Shown: positions 12,398-22,097 of the stretch, one piece after another
Layout of the letters: each line of letters begins with the position of its first letter
How positions within the stretch are numbered: the stretch's first letter is position 1
Origin: a virus
Virus record (IMG/VR): IMGVR_UViG_3300009431_001072
Reading direction: 5' to 3' (one strand)
Length of the DNA stretch: 25,210 nt
The notes under the pieces: model-generated
Told to the model about the DNA's origin: nothing
What the model saw: only the letters and a program-made list of their open reading frames with translations
The model's database searches: none
Program-made: the position numbers and the translations under genes

Positions 12398-13186
12398 ATG
12401 AAAATCATAAACATAATCATTTTAATAACTTTAGTTATAACATCGATTACCTTTTCTCAATCTTCGAGGTGGGAAGCTGAGGATATGGCAATAATAGACA
12501 GTAGCAATGTGTATGTATTTGGTACATATGTCGGGATCTACAATAATGGCGGAGTACAATTTTGGAAGCGCTTCGATGACGGAATCTATGAAATATCTGT
12601 GAGGGCGCTAGAAATGGCTGCAGGAGATGAGCATGCACGATTGTTGGTAGAAAATGGTAAAAGTGTAAGCTTCGAATTCGAGGTCAAGTCATTAATAGAT
12701 TCTATTTACGTTGATACTCTTGTAGTGGATGATGGCAATAACTGGAAACTAGTGTTTACAAACGATCATTGGATACCCGATGTAATGGACAGGAATCTAT
12801 ATATAGATTATATAGAGTTCACATATATCGAACCTTATGTACCAATTGACACAACAGTAGTCGATACAACAGTAACTAGACATGACTCTGTAAAGGTTGC
12901 ATGGAACGCGAATTCTGAAGATGACCTTAGGAATTATTCTGTTTATTATGGTATAAACAGCAGACTGTATTCGCAGAAAGTAGGTGGTGTAATAGACACA
13001 TTTAAAACAATCGTTGATAACTTCACAGTTAACATTCCATACTACTTCGCTGTCACAGCAACAGATACAGCAAGTAATGAAAGTGCATATTCCGCTGAAG
13101 TTGAATACATATTTACATCTGTGTCTGGTGATTCCACTGCTCCTGATGTTCTATTCATAGAAGTTACACCTATATTTGAGGATTGA
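12398..13186 (+). CDS. secreted or anchored protein with N-terminal CBM-like region and C-terminal FN3 domain
   Basis: Signal/anchor MKIINIIILITLVITSITFS. SRWEAEDM...YIDYIEF resembles CBM6/35-type modules. FN3: VKVAWNANSEDDLRNYSVYYG...YYFAVTATDTASNESAYS. Confidence 0.65.
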   Translation: MKIINIIILITLVITSITFSQSSRWEAEDMAIIDSSNVYVFGTYVGIYNNGGVQFWKRFDDGIYEISVRALEMAAGDEHARLLVENGKSVSFEFEVKSLIDSIYVDTLVVDDGNNWKLVFTNDHWIPDVMDRNLYIDYIEFTYIEPYVPIDTTVVDTTVTRHDSVKVAWNANSEDDLRNYSVYYGINSRLYSQKVGGVIDTFKTIVDNFTVNIPYYFAVTATDTASNESAYSAEVEYIFTSVSGDSTAPDVLFIEVTPIFED

Positions 13187-13187
13187 T

Positions 13188-14222
13188 ATGAAAATAATTA
13201 TACCGGATGATTATATAGAAAGAAAATTAATCTATAAGAAGGAACATCCGACTAAACCGTTATATATTTATAATTACTCTCCGGAAGTACAATTTAGCAG
13301 ACTCTGGGATGAATACACCTCTATTTGCAGAGGACTAATTCTCGATGAAAACAACAATGTAGTCGCCAGACCTATTCCTAAATTCTTCAATTTAGGAGAG
13401 ATAGGACTTGATAATCTCCCAAAAGAGCCTTATATTATAACAGAGAAAATAGATGGAAGTATGATAATAATAGTTCGCTACCAAGATGAACTTTTATTTG
13501 CTTCTCGTGGAAGTTTCATATCAGACCAGGCAATTAAGGCTAAAGAAATATTTAATAGTAAATATGCCCAAAATCAAATACTTCCTGATAAAACTTTTTT
13601 ATTCGAAGTAATTTACCCAGAAAACCGCATAGTTGTAAACTATGATGACAAAGAAGACCTGATAGGATTGGTAACTGTAGATAATGAAACAGGTAAAAGC
13701 CAGGAAATGTCGTCAGGCCATGGATTCCCTGTAGCTAAACAGTATCCATCTGCTATAAGCATAAAAGATTTACAAACTCTAGACGATACAAATAAAGAAG
13801 GCTTTGTTGTTAGATTCACAGAATCAGATTTCAGAGTAAAAATTAAATTTGATGAATATGTTCGTCTACACAAAATAGTAACTAATCTTAGCGAAAAAAC
13901 TGTATGGGAATCTTTAAGAGACGGCAACGAAATGTCGGAGTTAGACATTCCAGATGAATTCATGGATTGGCTAAAAACTACCAGCCTTGAATTTAAAAAG
14001 AAATACAGGAATATTGTAAATAAATGCAAAATAGATTTCCAAGTAATTAAGAAAAGGCCGTGTTTATTTAAAGAACGAAAAGACATAGCAGAATATTTTA
14101 ATAAAAAGAAATATCCAGGAATATTGTTTGCTATGTTGGATAACCGTGATTACTCCGAGATTGTTTGGAAGTTAATTAAACCAAAGAAAGAAAATGAATG
14201 TAATATTAAGACCTGCTTGTAA
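13188..14222 (+). CDS. rnlA: RNA ligase 1 (T4 RnlA-type tRNA repair ligase)
   Basis: Collinear with T4 Rnl1: YIYNYS...CRGLILDE...ARPIPKFFNLGE; motif I ITEKIDGSMI; LFASRGSFISDQA; FLFEVIYPENRIVVNYD; EGFVVRF...FRVKIKFDEYVRLH. ATG 13188 (6 nt after GAGG) is preferred over the track TTG at 13176. Confidence 0.9.
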   Translation: MKIIIPDDYIERKLIYKKEHPTKPLYIYNYSPEVQFSRLWDEYTSICRGLILDENNNVVARPIPKFFNLGEIGLDNLPKEPYIITEKIDGSMIIIVRYQDELLFASRGSFISDQAIKAKEIFNSKYAQNQILPDKTFLFEVIYPENRIVVNYDDKEDLIGLVTVDNETGKSQEMSSGHGFPVAKQYPSAISIKDLQTLDDTNKEGFVVRFTESDFRVKIKFDEYVRLHKIVTNLSEKTVWESLRDGNEMSELDIPDEFMDWLKTTSLEFKKKYRNIVNKCKIDFQVIKKRPCLFKERKDIAEYFNKKKYPGILFAMLDNRDYSEIVWKLIKPKKENECNIKTCL

Positions 14223-15093
14223 TCGCCCAGAGATGCTACATATTTCTATTGAAACGGAGATTGCAGCTAGAAAATATTGTGAGCCTTTAAGTGATTTACT
14301 AACGATATTTGTAATTGATGCTGGTGATAACGCTAAAGTTATAGAATTAGCAAAAGCTTACCCTTATAAAAAAGAAATAATAATAAGAGATACTCAATAC
14401 GGATTAACTAAAAATATACTAGAAGGTATGAAAACAGCTTTTTCGAAATCTGACGATTACATATTCTACATAGAAGATGATATTATTGTACATAAAACAT
14501 ACTTTCAATATATGGATACCGCATTAGAGTTATGCGATAAAAAAAAGTTTACAATAGTATCATCTTTTAGTTTTACAAATAGTGGAGATATTAACAAAGT
14601 AGCCAGAGGGAATCGTTATTCAGCATTAGGTCCGATTATTATGAAGCCATTCTTTGATAAATATATATTACAACATGTGAATGATGCTTACTATAAAGAC
14701 GATGGTAGTAGAATATCTTATATAAAAAATCTTGATAAGCAAAATGAAAAATATTTTGTGAAAGGTTATAAATATAGAGATTTCTCTAGTTGTCATAATG
14801 AACAAGCTGGTCTTATAAATAGATTAATAGATGTTGCAAAAATAGAAGGGGATGGGGAAATACTATTACCTTATATTAGTAGGGCAGTGCATATAGGATT
14901 CTATGGCAAAAATAGACCAGGTAAAGTGAATGGCAACAACTTTGAAGAAAGATTACGTAATATAAAAAATATAATATCCTCAAAAGACACAAGTAGGATA
15001 CCAAATAGTGCCAAATATGGTGACTACCAAAGATTGTCTGGGAAATTAAATGAATGGGATGGCACTTTAAAATTTTGGATTAAACCAAAATGA
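14194..15093 (+). CDS. GT-A fold glycosyltransferase (GNT-I/GT13-like motifs)
   Basis: VILRPACNRPEML (first strand plus ACNR, as in GNT-I) and FYIEDDIIVHKTYFQYM (EDD metal-binding motif). It overlaps the rnlA 3' end by 29 nt. Confidence 0.65.
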   Translation: MNVILRPACNRPEMLHISIETEIAARKYCEPLSDLLTIFVIDAGDNAKVIELAKAYPYKKEIIIRDTQYGLTKNILEGMKTAFSKSDDYIFYIEDDIIVHKTYFQYMDTALELCDKKKFTIVSSFSFTNSGDINKVARGNRYSALGPIIMKPFFDKYILQHVNDAYYKDDGSRISYIKNLDKQNEKYFVKGYKYRDFSSCHNEQAGLINRLIDVAKIEGDGEILLPYISRAVHIGFYGKNRPGKVNGNNFEERLRNIKNIISSKDTSRIPNSAKYGDYQRLSGKLNEWDGTLKFWIKPK

Positions 15094-15959
15094 AAAAATT
15101 ACTTTTTATAACAGGCGAAGGATTAGGGAACGTTATAGAATGTATCCCATGTGTCAGAACTATAAAAGAACATGGAGTAACCTTAGACTTTTGGTTTGCA
15201 CATGGATCATTTCCGTTACCAAAAATAATCCCATATGTTAACAAATGGTTCACTGGTGGAGAAAGGCCAAAAGATATTAACAATTATAGTGGAGTAATGG
15301 CTACTAAATGGGGACAAAGTTTAGCGAAAACATTAAATTTACCATTACTTAACAAAGTTCGACAATTAACAATGAACGAGTCGGAAGTAAGTGTATACAT
15401 GAAAATGGCCGATGATTTAGGAATAAAAAACTTATTTTGGCATGGTAACTGCATGTACACACCTACACAAGAAAAGTATGATATTGTTATAAGTAATGGA
15501 TTTAACTATAAGTCTGACTTAGATTGGAGTGTAAAATCATATATTTATTATTCAAAGGTAGTCTCTAGTTTAAAAAAACTTGGGCTCACTGTTTGTTCTG
15601 TAGGAGCAGCCAATGAGTATGTACCAGGGACTACCAATAAAACTAATATTGGGTTATTAAACACTTTTGGGTTAATCAAAAATGCTAAATTAGTCATAGC
15701 CAACGATAGTGGAATGTATCATGCGGCTAATGCATTAGAAACCCCAAACATTGTCATATTTACAGCTACTTCTATAAAGAAAAACTATGACAAGCGTTTT
15801 CATAAGTTTGCCTCTGTAATAACTAGAACAGATCTACCATGCAAACCATGCCAGCCATCAAAGGCATGGATACGTACTTGTAAAAATTGGAAATGCCGTG
15901 ATATCGGCCACCATATAATAATTAATGAAGTTAAAAAAATATTAAAGATACAGAGATAA
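15090..15959 (+). CDS. glycosyltransferase family 9 (heptosyltransferase-like)
   Basis: N-terminal KKLLFITGEGLGNVIECIPCVRTIKE and C-terminal AKLVIANDSGMYHAANALETPNIVIFTATS match GT9 signatures (lGD....P; ignDSGpmHlAaAlg.P.v.lFG.T). ATGA overlap with the previous gene. Confidence 0.75.
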   Translation: MKKLLFITGEGLGNVIECIPCVRTIKEHGVTLDFWFAHGSFPLPKIIPYVNKWFTGGERPKDINNYSGVMATKWGQSLAKTLNLPLLNKVRQLTMNESEVSVYMKMADDLGIKNLFWHGNCMYTPTQEKYDIVISNGFNYKSDLDWSVKSYIYYSKVVSSLKKLGLTVCSVGAANEYVPGTTNKTNIGLLNTFGLIKNAKLVIANDSGMYHAANALETPNIVIFTATSIKKNYDKRFHKFASVITRTDLPCKPCQPSKAWIRTCKNWKCRDIGHHIIINEVKKILKIQR

Positions 15960-15961
15960 AA

Positions 15962-16813
15962 ATGAAAATACTATTTATTGCCGTATTTGACCCAAAGTCA
16001 ACTAACGCGTGGCAAGCAAAAAGCTTCGAAATGCTAGGACATGAAGTCATTAGGTATGAGTATCGAGCAATAGCTGCAAGACTCGGAATCAACGGAAGAG
16101 ATGATGATTTAATACATGTTTGTCGAGAAAATAAACCTGATATGATCTTATTTTCCAAATGTAACAAAATGAATGTTAGAGTAGTTATTGAATGCGGCAA
16201 AATAGGTAAAACGGTATTATGGTATATGGATCCTGCCGGAAATATTGATACAGAACTAATAGAAAAAATGAAAGCTAGCAACTACGTATTTAGCGCAAGG
16301 TGGGATGGATACAACGAATCAAAAAAATATAATAGCAATTCTTTTAGGATACACGAGGGCTTTGATTCACTTGTACATAAACCTTTTAATGTTCCACGTA
16401 CAAGAGATATTTGTTTTATAGGAGAAGCTCGTTCTTATAGAAAACCATATCTGGATGCGGCAAATGTTCCGGTATTTAATAATGTGTTCAACTACGAACA
16501 TGCGAAACTTGTTTCAGAAACTAAAATAAATCTCGGATTAACAGAAGGTGACGGTACATCAGATAGAACATATAAAATTATGGCAGCCGGAGGATTTTTA
16601 CTAACTATGCCATGGGAGAAAATTGAAGACGAGTTTGAATTAGGAATCGATTTAGTTACTTTTGATAACGTAGATGTTCTTAAATACAAAATTCAATACT
16701 ATCTTACAAATGAACTTGAACGTGAAGCTATAGCAAAAAATGGAATGGAAACTGTCAAAAAATATAATGATATTAACTTTGTTAAAAGCATATTAAAAGA
16801 GGTGACTAAGTAA
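15962..16813 (+). CDS. CgeB-like glycosyltransferase (Glyco_trans_1_2-type C-terminal domain)
   Basis: SDRTYKIMAAGGFLLT...EDEFELGIDLVTFDNVDVLKYKIQYYLTNELEREAIAKNGMETV fits the CgeB/DUF3880-associated GT pattern. Confidence 0.7.
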   Translation: MKILFIAVFDPKSTNAWQAKSFEMLGHEVIRYEYRAIAARLGINGRDDDLIHVCRENKPDMILFSKCNKMNVRVVIECGKIGKTVLWYMDPAGNIDTELIEKMKASNYVFSARWDGYNESKKYNSNSFRIHEGFDSLVHKPFNVPRTRDICFIGEARSYRKPYLDAANVPVFNNVFNYEHAKLVSETKINLGLTEGDGTSDRTYKIMAAGGFLLTMPWEKIEDEFELGIDLVTFDNVDVLKYKIQYYLTNELEREAIAKNGMETVKKYNDINFVKSILKEVTK

Positions 16814-16815
16814 AC

Positions 16816-17520
16816 ATGGATTGTCCTTTCTGTAAAAATAGTAAAGTAACACAATATTTGAATACAAAAAATTCCAGGTGTAGTATCTGTGGGTTGTATA
16901 TAAATAATACTCAAATGTCTCCAGAACAAATTAAAGAATTTAATAGAAATTTCCTATTGGGCGCATGTCATAATCTCAGTAAAAGAACCCAAAGATTAGG
17001 TGAAGCTAAGGATTTGCAAGTAGCTACATTAAAACAACACGGGTCTATAGATAAAGTATATGACGTTGGAGCAGCTTCCGGGTTTTTTATGAAAGCCGTA
17101 GAAGACGCAGGTGGAGTTGCGCACGGAAATGAAATAAGCATGGCAAGCATCGCTTGGGCAAAAAAAGAGTATGGTATCAACATAGCTTACGGATTTCTTG
17201 AAGAATTGGAAATACCTGACTCTTACTTCGATGCTGTTGTTTTGTGGAATACGTTGGAGCATACCAGTAATCCAAAAACTACGTTAGACGTATGTTATAG
17301 GGTATTAAAGGAAGGCGGATTAATTTATATTAAAGTTCCCAATCATAAGTCTCCTAACGAGCTAATAAACTTCTACGAAGGAGCCCATTTATTTGAGTTC
17401 ACTGAAGAATGTTTGTCTATACACTTAAAAGATATTGGATTTAAAGAAATATTTGTGGATCCAAAAGATGTAGATCCACGATGTAACGTTACTGCTGCTG
17501 TATATCTTTATAGGAAATAA
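16816..17520 (+). CDS. class I SAM-dependent methyltransferase with N-terminal zinc ribbon
   Basis: CPFC...CSIC. Motif I VYDVGAASGFF. AVVLWNTLEHTSNP and LKEGGLIYIKVPN. Confidence 0.85.
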   Translation: MDCPFCKNSKVTQYLNTKNSRCSICGLYINNTQMSPEQIKEFNRNFLLGACHNLSKRTQRLGEAKDLQVATLKQHGSIDKVYDVGAASGFFMKAVEDAGGVAHGNEISMASIAWAKKEYGINIAYGFLEELEIPDSYFDAVVLWNTLEHTSNPKTTLDVCYRVLKEGGLIYIKVPNHKSPNELINFYEGAHLFEFTEECLSIHLKDIGFKEIFVDPKDVDPRCNVTAAVYLYRK

Positions 17521-17522
17521 TT

Positions 17523-18281
17523 ATGAAAAAAGCACTTATCAAATACCACCACGGTCTGGGGGATATATTGCAGTTAACTCCTCATTTAAGAAAATTATAT
17601 CATATGGGGTATGTTACTGATATAATGGGTATGGCGCAGAATAATACGTCCCATCTATTAGATGCTTGTCCTTATACCGATAGCTACATAGACATACCAA
17701 ATACGTGGAAGTCACCGCTGGGGTTTAATAAACAATTAGAAGTCGATATGCAATTGTTTAATAAAATAAAACCAGAGTATGACTGGGCTGGTTATGCAAA
17801 TCACCTAAACATAGGTGGTATTAACAAAATAGATTTTACTTCTAAAGAATTAGGTCTCGATATAACAGATAAAACCCTCGAGGTATTTATACCAAAATCT
17901 GTAGAAAAAGAAGTTCTGGAATATATACAAAAAACATACCCAAATGGGTATACTTTTGTACATACATTAATTGAAGAACATACCTACCATGACTGGAATC
18001 CGACAGATTGGATAAATGTTAACTTGCCAAAACTGCCAATAGTAGATACTGGCTACAGCGGTAATTACTATAGATGGAAAGATGATATAAATGCAACATT
18101 TGTTTTACTAAGAGAAGCTACACATAAAGTTTTGTCTTCATCTGTTATGGTACATGCATGTGACGCTATGGGTGTTCCTATGGATATAGTAAACTATGGA
18201 AGAGTAGATAGAAAGGTATGGCCCTTTAATCATAAACAGCTATTAAAAAGTATAAGAGAAAATGGAGTAATGATAAAGTAA
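17523..18281 (+). CDS. hypothetical protein, possibly GT9-like
   Basis: The N-terminus KKALIKYHHGLGDILQLTPHLRKLYHMG parallels the GT9 N-terminal motif and the N-terminus of ORF 15090. The rest is unassigned. Confidence 0.4.
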   Translation: MKKALIKYHHGLGDILQLTPHLRKLYHMGYVTDIMGMAQNNTSHLLDACPYTDSYIDIPNTWKSPLGFNKQLEVDMQLFNKIKPEYDWAGYANHLNIGGINKIDFTSKELGLDITDKTLEVFIPKSVEKEVLEYIQKTYPNGYTFVHTLIEEHTYHDWNPTDWINVNLPKLPIVDTGYSGNYYRWKDDINATFVLLREATHKVLSSSVMVHACDAMGVPMDIVNYGRVDRKVWPFNHKQLLKSIRENGVMIK

Positions 18282-18895
18282 TGGATTTATCCAAACTATC
18301 AAGGTTAGAACGTGAAGGTTACTTTGAAATCCAAGAAGCCTTTCGCCGTGGCGATGGTTATTCTAAAGATACACAAAGGTTCCAAAAATATTTTGAATAT
18401 ATCAAAAAATTTGGCAAAACCAATCCAGAAGTAGATGTGTTGGATGTTGGTTGCGGCCCGGGTCCATTGGAAGTTTACCTTAAAAAATTCGGTTATAAAA
18501 ATGTCGAGGCACTAGACTTTAGTGATGAAGGCATAAGACAATGTAAGCAAAATGTTCCGGAATTTAGTTATACCATAGGTGACATAAATGAAGTAGAGAC
18601 TATTTATCTGAATAAAAAATTTGATATAGTCTTCTGCCTACAGGTATTAGAACATATGGAAAAACACAAAAGTGTTTTAAAGCAGTTATATAACTTAACT
18701 GCTAATGAAGGATTACTAATCATAAGTGTACCATGGGATCATTGTAAAAGTAACAGACTCCATATAAACCATTACTTGCCAGAGACATTTAATGAATTAG
18801 CAAAAGAACTAAACATGCCTGCGCCCATTGTTACCGAAAGATTTGGCGAAGGGAACCTTCAATTACTAGCCATATTTAAAAATGAAAAGATTTGA
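18281..18895 (+). CDS. class I SAM-dependent methyltransferase
   Basis: VLDVGCGPGPL (motif I), ALDFSDEGI, FDIVFCLQVLEHM. TAATG overlap with the previous gene. Confidence 0.85.
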   Translation: MDLSKLSRLEREGYFEIQEAFRRGDGYSKDTQRFQKYFEYIKKFGKTNPEVDVLDVGCGPGPLEVYLKKFGYKNVEALDFSDEGIRQCKQNVPEFSYTIGDINEVETIYLNKKFDIVFCLQVLEHMEKHKSVLKQLYNLTANEGLLIISVPWDHCKSNRLHINHYLPETFNELAKELNMPAPIVTERFGEGNLQLLAIFKNEKI

Positions 18896-19427
18896 AATTA
18901 TTACATCTTTAATAAAAGGTGTAAAGAACCCAGTAGGGGCTGAAATAGGAGTGTGTAATGGTGTATTTACTGAATATATGCTAACACATAACCCTGCTCT
19001 TGTATTGTATGCTGTAGACCCGTTCATAATGTATCAAAAACAATACGAGTCCGGTGTAGTTCAACACGGTTTTTCAACGCAGAACGAATTTGATGAACAA
19101 TTTAAAAGTACAAAAGCAAAGCTTGCCAAATTCATAGATAGATGTGTGCTGCTAAGAACACTATCGGCAGAAGCTGTGAATGTAATAAAGAATAATTCAC
19201 TAGATTTTGTATTTATAGACGGAAACCATTTGTACAACTATGTTAAAGCCGATATAATTTCTTATTATGATAAAGTAAAAAACGGGGGAATACTGGCTGG
19301 ACATGATTATAACCCAAATGATATTAATCACCTAACCAATACATGCAGAGCAGTTAATGAGGTATTTACGAAGGAAGATGTAACCACTGGTGATGATAGT
19401 ACTTGGTGGATTAAAAAAGGAAACTAA
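18882..19427 (+). CDS. class I SAM-dependent methyltransferase (Methyltransf_24 / O-methyltransferase-like)
   Basis: GAEIGVCNGVFTEYML, LYAVDPF, LDFVFIDGNHLYNYVKADI..Y...V.NGGILAGHDY. Confidence 0.75.
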   Translation: MKRFEIITSLIKGVKNPVGAEIGVCNGVFTEYMLTHNPALVLYAVDPFIMYQKQYESGVVQHGFSTQNEFDEQFKSTKAKLAKFIDRCVLLRTLSAEAVNVIKNNSLDFVFIDGNHLYNYVKADIISYYDKVKNGGILAGHDYNPNDINHLTNTCRAVNEVFTKEDVTTGDDSTWWIKKGN

Positions 19428-19429
19428 AC

Positions 19430-20227
19430 ATGAATTTAGGATTTATTATGGCGTTTAATGAAGTTAACTGGATTGAGTTTGCTATTGAGCAAGCAATGAA
19501 AATATGTGATAGAATAATTATCTCTGAAGGATCCCAATTTACATCATTTACGGATATACCGGAAAGAAGTAACGATGGAACTCTTGATATGATAACAAAA
19601 AAACAAAGAGAGTATCCCCAGGTTATAACAGTAATTCCAAGTTCAAGAGTTAGCGCCGAATACAGAAAAAATCAATGTGAAAATTTTAATAGAGCTCTAA
19701 GGGAATGTAACCCCGGCGATTATTTTATTCCTTTGGATGTGGATGAATTTTATTCTGATAACTTCTTAAATACAATAAACGAAATTACAAAAGTTGGTCA
19801 CATAGATCATCTATTAGGCCAGGGACACTTGTATGGATTCAGCTTTAAATACCGATTAGTATTCGGTAATAACGCTGTTTGGAAAAAAGATATACTGTTT
19901 AAAGTCAATAACAGTTTTAAGTTTATTCCAACACACAAACCGACCGGCCAAGGAAAGAATAAGTTAGTGAATACAAGTGATAGCTTGTTTCACTATACCT
20001 GGCTTAAACCAACAGATAGGATGAGAATTAGAATGCAAACTTCGAACTTTCATCCGGGGATGCTTGAGTGGTTCGACACCAATTGGGAAAATATAAAATT
20101 AGAAGAAAATATTAAACAAAAGTCACATCTGGGAACAATGTTTACATTAAAAAAATATGACGGAGAGCATCCTTCAGTTTTAAATAATCATCCATGGAGA
20201 CACACAGAAGACATCAGAACTACATAA
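19430..20227 (+). CDS. GT-A-like glycosyltransferase, paralog of ORF 22930-23838
   Basis: LGFIMAFNEVNWIEFAIEQ...IIISEGS...SNDGT and the acidic motif IPLDVDEFY. The C-terminal YDGEHPSVLNNHPW...DIR is shared with the paralog. Confidence 0.55.
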   Translation: MNLGFIMAFNEVNWIEFAIEQAMKICDRIIISEGSQFTSFTDIPERSNDGTLDMITKKQREYPQVITVIPSSRVSAEYRKNQCENFNRALRECNPGDYFIPLDVDEFYSDNFLNTINEITKVGHIDHLLGQGHLYGFSFKYRLVFGNNAVWKKDILFKVNNSFKFIPTHKPTGQGKNKLVNTSDSLFHYTWLKPTDRMRIRMQTSNFHPGMLEWFDTNWENIKLEENIKQKSHLGTMFTLKKYDGEHPSVLNNHPWRHTEDIRTT

Positions 20228-21147
20228 TGAATATAATATTAATAACTCCTAAATTGGATAAACCATGTTTATACCACACAGATATAATAAATACTTTGTC
20301 AAAGTTATATAATGTATATCAGTATGGTCCAGGATTTAGTTATTTCTCTCAAAGTGATACTGTACACGACATAATTTCGAAATCCGGATTTACACCGAAC
20401 TTAATTATATTTGGGACTGCCCAAGTGCTTTACGGACTCAACATTCGTGGACTACCCTCTATAAAGATACCAAAGCTTATATTTTTAAATAAGGAATACC
20501 AATGGATAGATAGAAAACTAGATTTTATTAAGAAAAATAAATTTAATTTAGTTACTACGATTTTAAATAAAGAAATTTATACTCCATGGGAACGTTTAAC
20601 TGGAATAAGATTTGTACAGACACCGCATGGTATATTTCCAGATAAATTTCCTAATTTGAATATAACCAGGAAGTATGATCTGGGATTTTTAGGAGCACTG
20701 TTTGATAAACAAGGAGTCTCCTTTAGAAAAAAAGCAAAAGAGTTCATCTTTGATAAAAGTAATTTATCGGAAAAATATAATATTATGTGGGGAGATGATT
20801 ATAATAAAAAGCTTTTTTCAGGCGAGGAATACATAAGAGCACTTAACTCATTTAAAATTTCGGTGTCTACTCTGTCTCCGTCCAAAATAATTGGATTACG
20901 ATTTTATGAGTTAGCTTGCGTCGGCACCATGATCCTTGCACCGCGAGATAACTATGATGGTGCTTTTGTTGATGGGAAAACATGCGTGATGTACGACGAT
21001 AGTGTATCTTCTTTTAAGGAAAAATTTTTACACTACTTAGATAATGAAAAAGAAAGGAACAATATAGTGAACAACGCGTACAAATACGTAACTACAGAAT
21101 GTACGTGGGACATCAGAATAAAAAACCTCATAAAGAACTTTGAATAA
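20227..21147 (+). CDS. CgeB-like glycosyltransferase
   Basis: ATG 20227 overlaps the previous stop (TAATG) and is preferred over the track start at 20194. LRFYELACVGTMILAPRDNYDGAFVDGKTCVMYDD...FKEKFLHYLDNEKERNNIVNNAYKYV fits the Glyco_trans_1_2 pattern. Confidence 0.65.
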   Translation: MNIILITPKLDKPCLYHTDIINTLSKLYNVYQYGPGFSYFSQSDTVHDIISKSGFTPNLIIFGTAQVLYGLNIRGLPSIKIPKLIFLNKEYQWIDRKLDFIKKNKFNLVTTILNKEIYTPWERLTGIRFVQTPHGIFPDKFPNLNITRKYDLGFLGALFDKQGVSFRKKAKEFIFDKSNLSEKYNIMWGDDYNKKLFSGEEYIRALNSFKISVSTLSPSKIIGLRFYELACVGTMILAPRDNYDGAFVDGKTCVMYDDSVSSFKEKFLHYLDNEKERNNIVNNAYKYVTTECTWDIRIKNLIKNFE

Positions 21148-22084
21148 CAAAACTAAATATTCCGCGTTCAATGCCATTCCTTGGAAATTGGTAAAATCCT
21201 ATAACATATTCCCCAGAAGAATAGAGCCCCTTCACATTCGTTTAATGCCAACAAATAGATGTAATGCTAATTGTAAATGGTGTTGTTATGCTGACGTAGA
21301 CAAACAAGTAGAGCTTTCAATAGAAGAAATAAAAGAGATTATATTATATTTTTTTGCATTGGGAACACGCGCTATTACTTTCTCTGGGGGAGGAGAGCCT
21401 ACAGTACATCCGCACATAGATGACATGCTGTCCTTTGCTAAAGATAAAGGAATAAGTTGTGGACTAGTTACTAACGGATTAAAGTGGTCCAAAAAAAATC
21501 TTAAACTAGATGTAGCAAATAAAACGTTAACTTGGGCAAGAATGTCAATAATTGAGACAATAGGTGACTATGATATAAAAAAGATCTCACGATTTGCAAA
21601 TAATTTATCTAACGTAGATATTGGCATAAGTTTTGTTGTTCCGGATGATGTTAATATTCAGTTAGCTATAGATATATGTAATTTAGTAAAAGGTATATCG
21701 AATATCACCCATATAAAGTTTATACAAGATTCATACAATTTAAATAGTAACGCTATTAAAGAGGTTGAAATAGCCTGCAATAAAATAACGAATAAGGCCT
21801 TTTTTGTACCACGTACAGATTATACCAAAGGTCAGCAAAAATGCCAAATTAGTTTATTAAAACCAGTTGTAAATGCTACAGGTTATATATTTCCTTGTTG
21901 TGATATACAACATGCCGCTGGTGACTTTAAACATCCTCCAAAAAACTTAAGGATGTGCTATTGGAACGAATTCCATAAAGCAGAATATTTTAACGGCAGT
22001 AAATGTACAAAATGCTATTATGACAATTACAATTTATTTTTAAATAACTTACTCAGTAAAGTAGAACATATTAATTTTTTATAG
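21140..22084 (+). CDS. radical SAM enzyme
   Basis: RCNANCKWCCY gives C41-x3-C45-x2-C48. ITFSGGGEPTVHP is the GGE SAM-binding motif. Cys-rich C-terminus (FPCCD...CTKCYY). The start is TTG 21140; the first ATG is only 5 aa before the cluster motif. Confidence 0.85.
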   Translation: MNNKTKYSAFNAIPWKLVKSYNIFPRRIEPLHIRLMPTNRCNANCKWCCYADVDKQVELSIEEIKEIILYFFALGTRAITFSGGGEPTVHPHIDDMLSFAKDKGISCGLVTNGLKWSKKNLKLDVANKTLTWARMSIIETIGDYDIKKISRFANNLSNVDIGISFVVPDDVNIQLAIDICNLVKGISNITHIKFIQDSYNLNSNAIKEVEIACNKITNKAFFVPRTDYTKGQQKCQISLLKPVVNATGYIFPCCDIQHAAGDFKHPPKNLRMCYWNEFHKAEYFNGSKCTKCYYDNYNLFLNNLLSKVEHINFL

Positions 22085-22097
22085 GTAGAATATAGAT

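Noticed and set aside
13640-14086. 148-aa minus-strand ORF
   Set aside because: It is antisense to the Rnl1-type ligase gene, whose + strand translation is collinear with T4 RnlA.
15931-16281. 116-aa minus-strand ORF, and similar antisense ORFs at 16492-16689, 16699-16929, 16968-17262, 21286-21492, 23175-23381 and 24181-24529
   Set aside because: All are antisense to + strand genes carrying clear glycosyltransferase, methyltransferase or radical SAM motifs. They are typical long antisense ORFs of AT-rich DNA.
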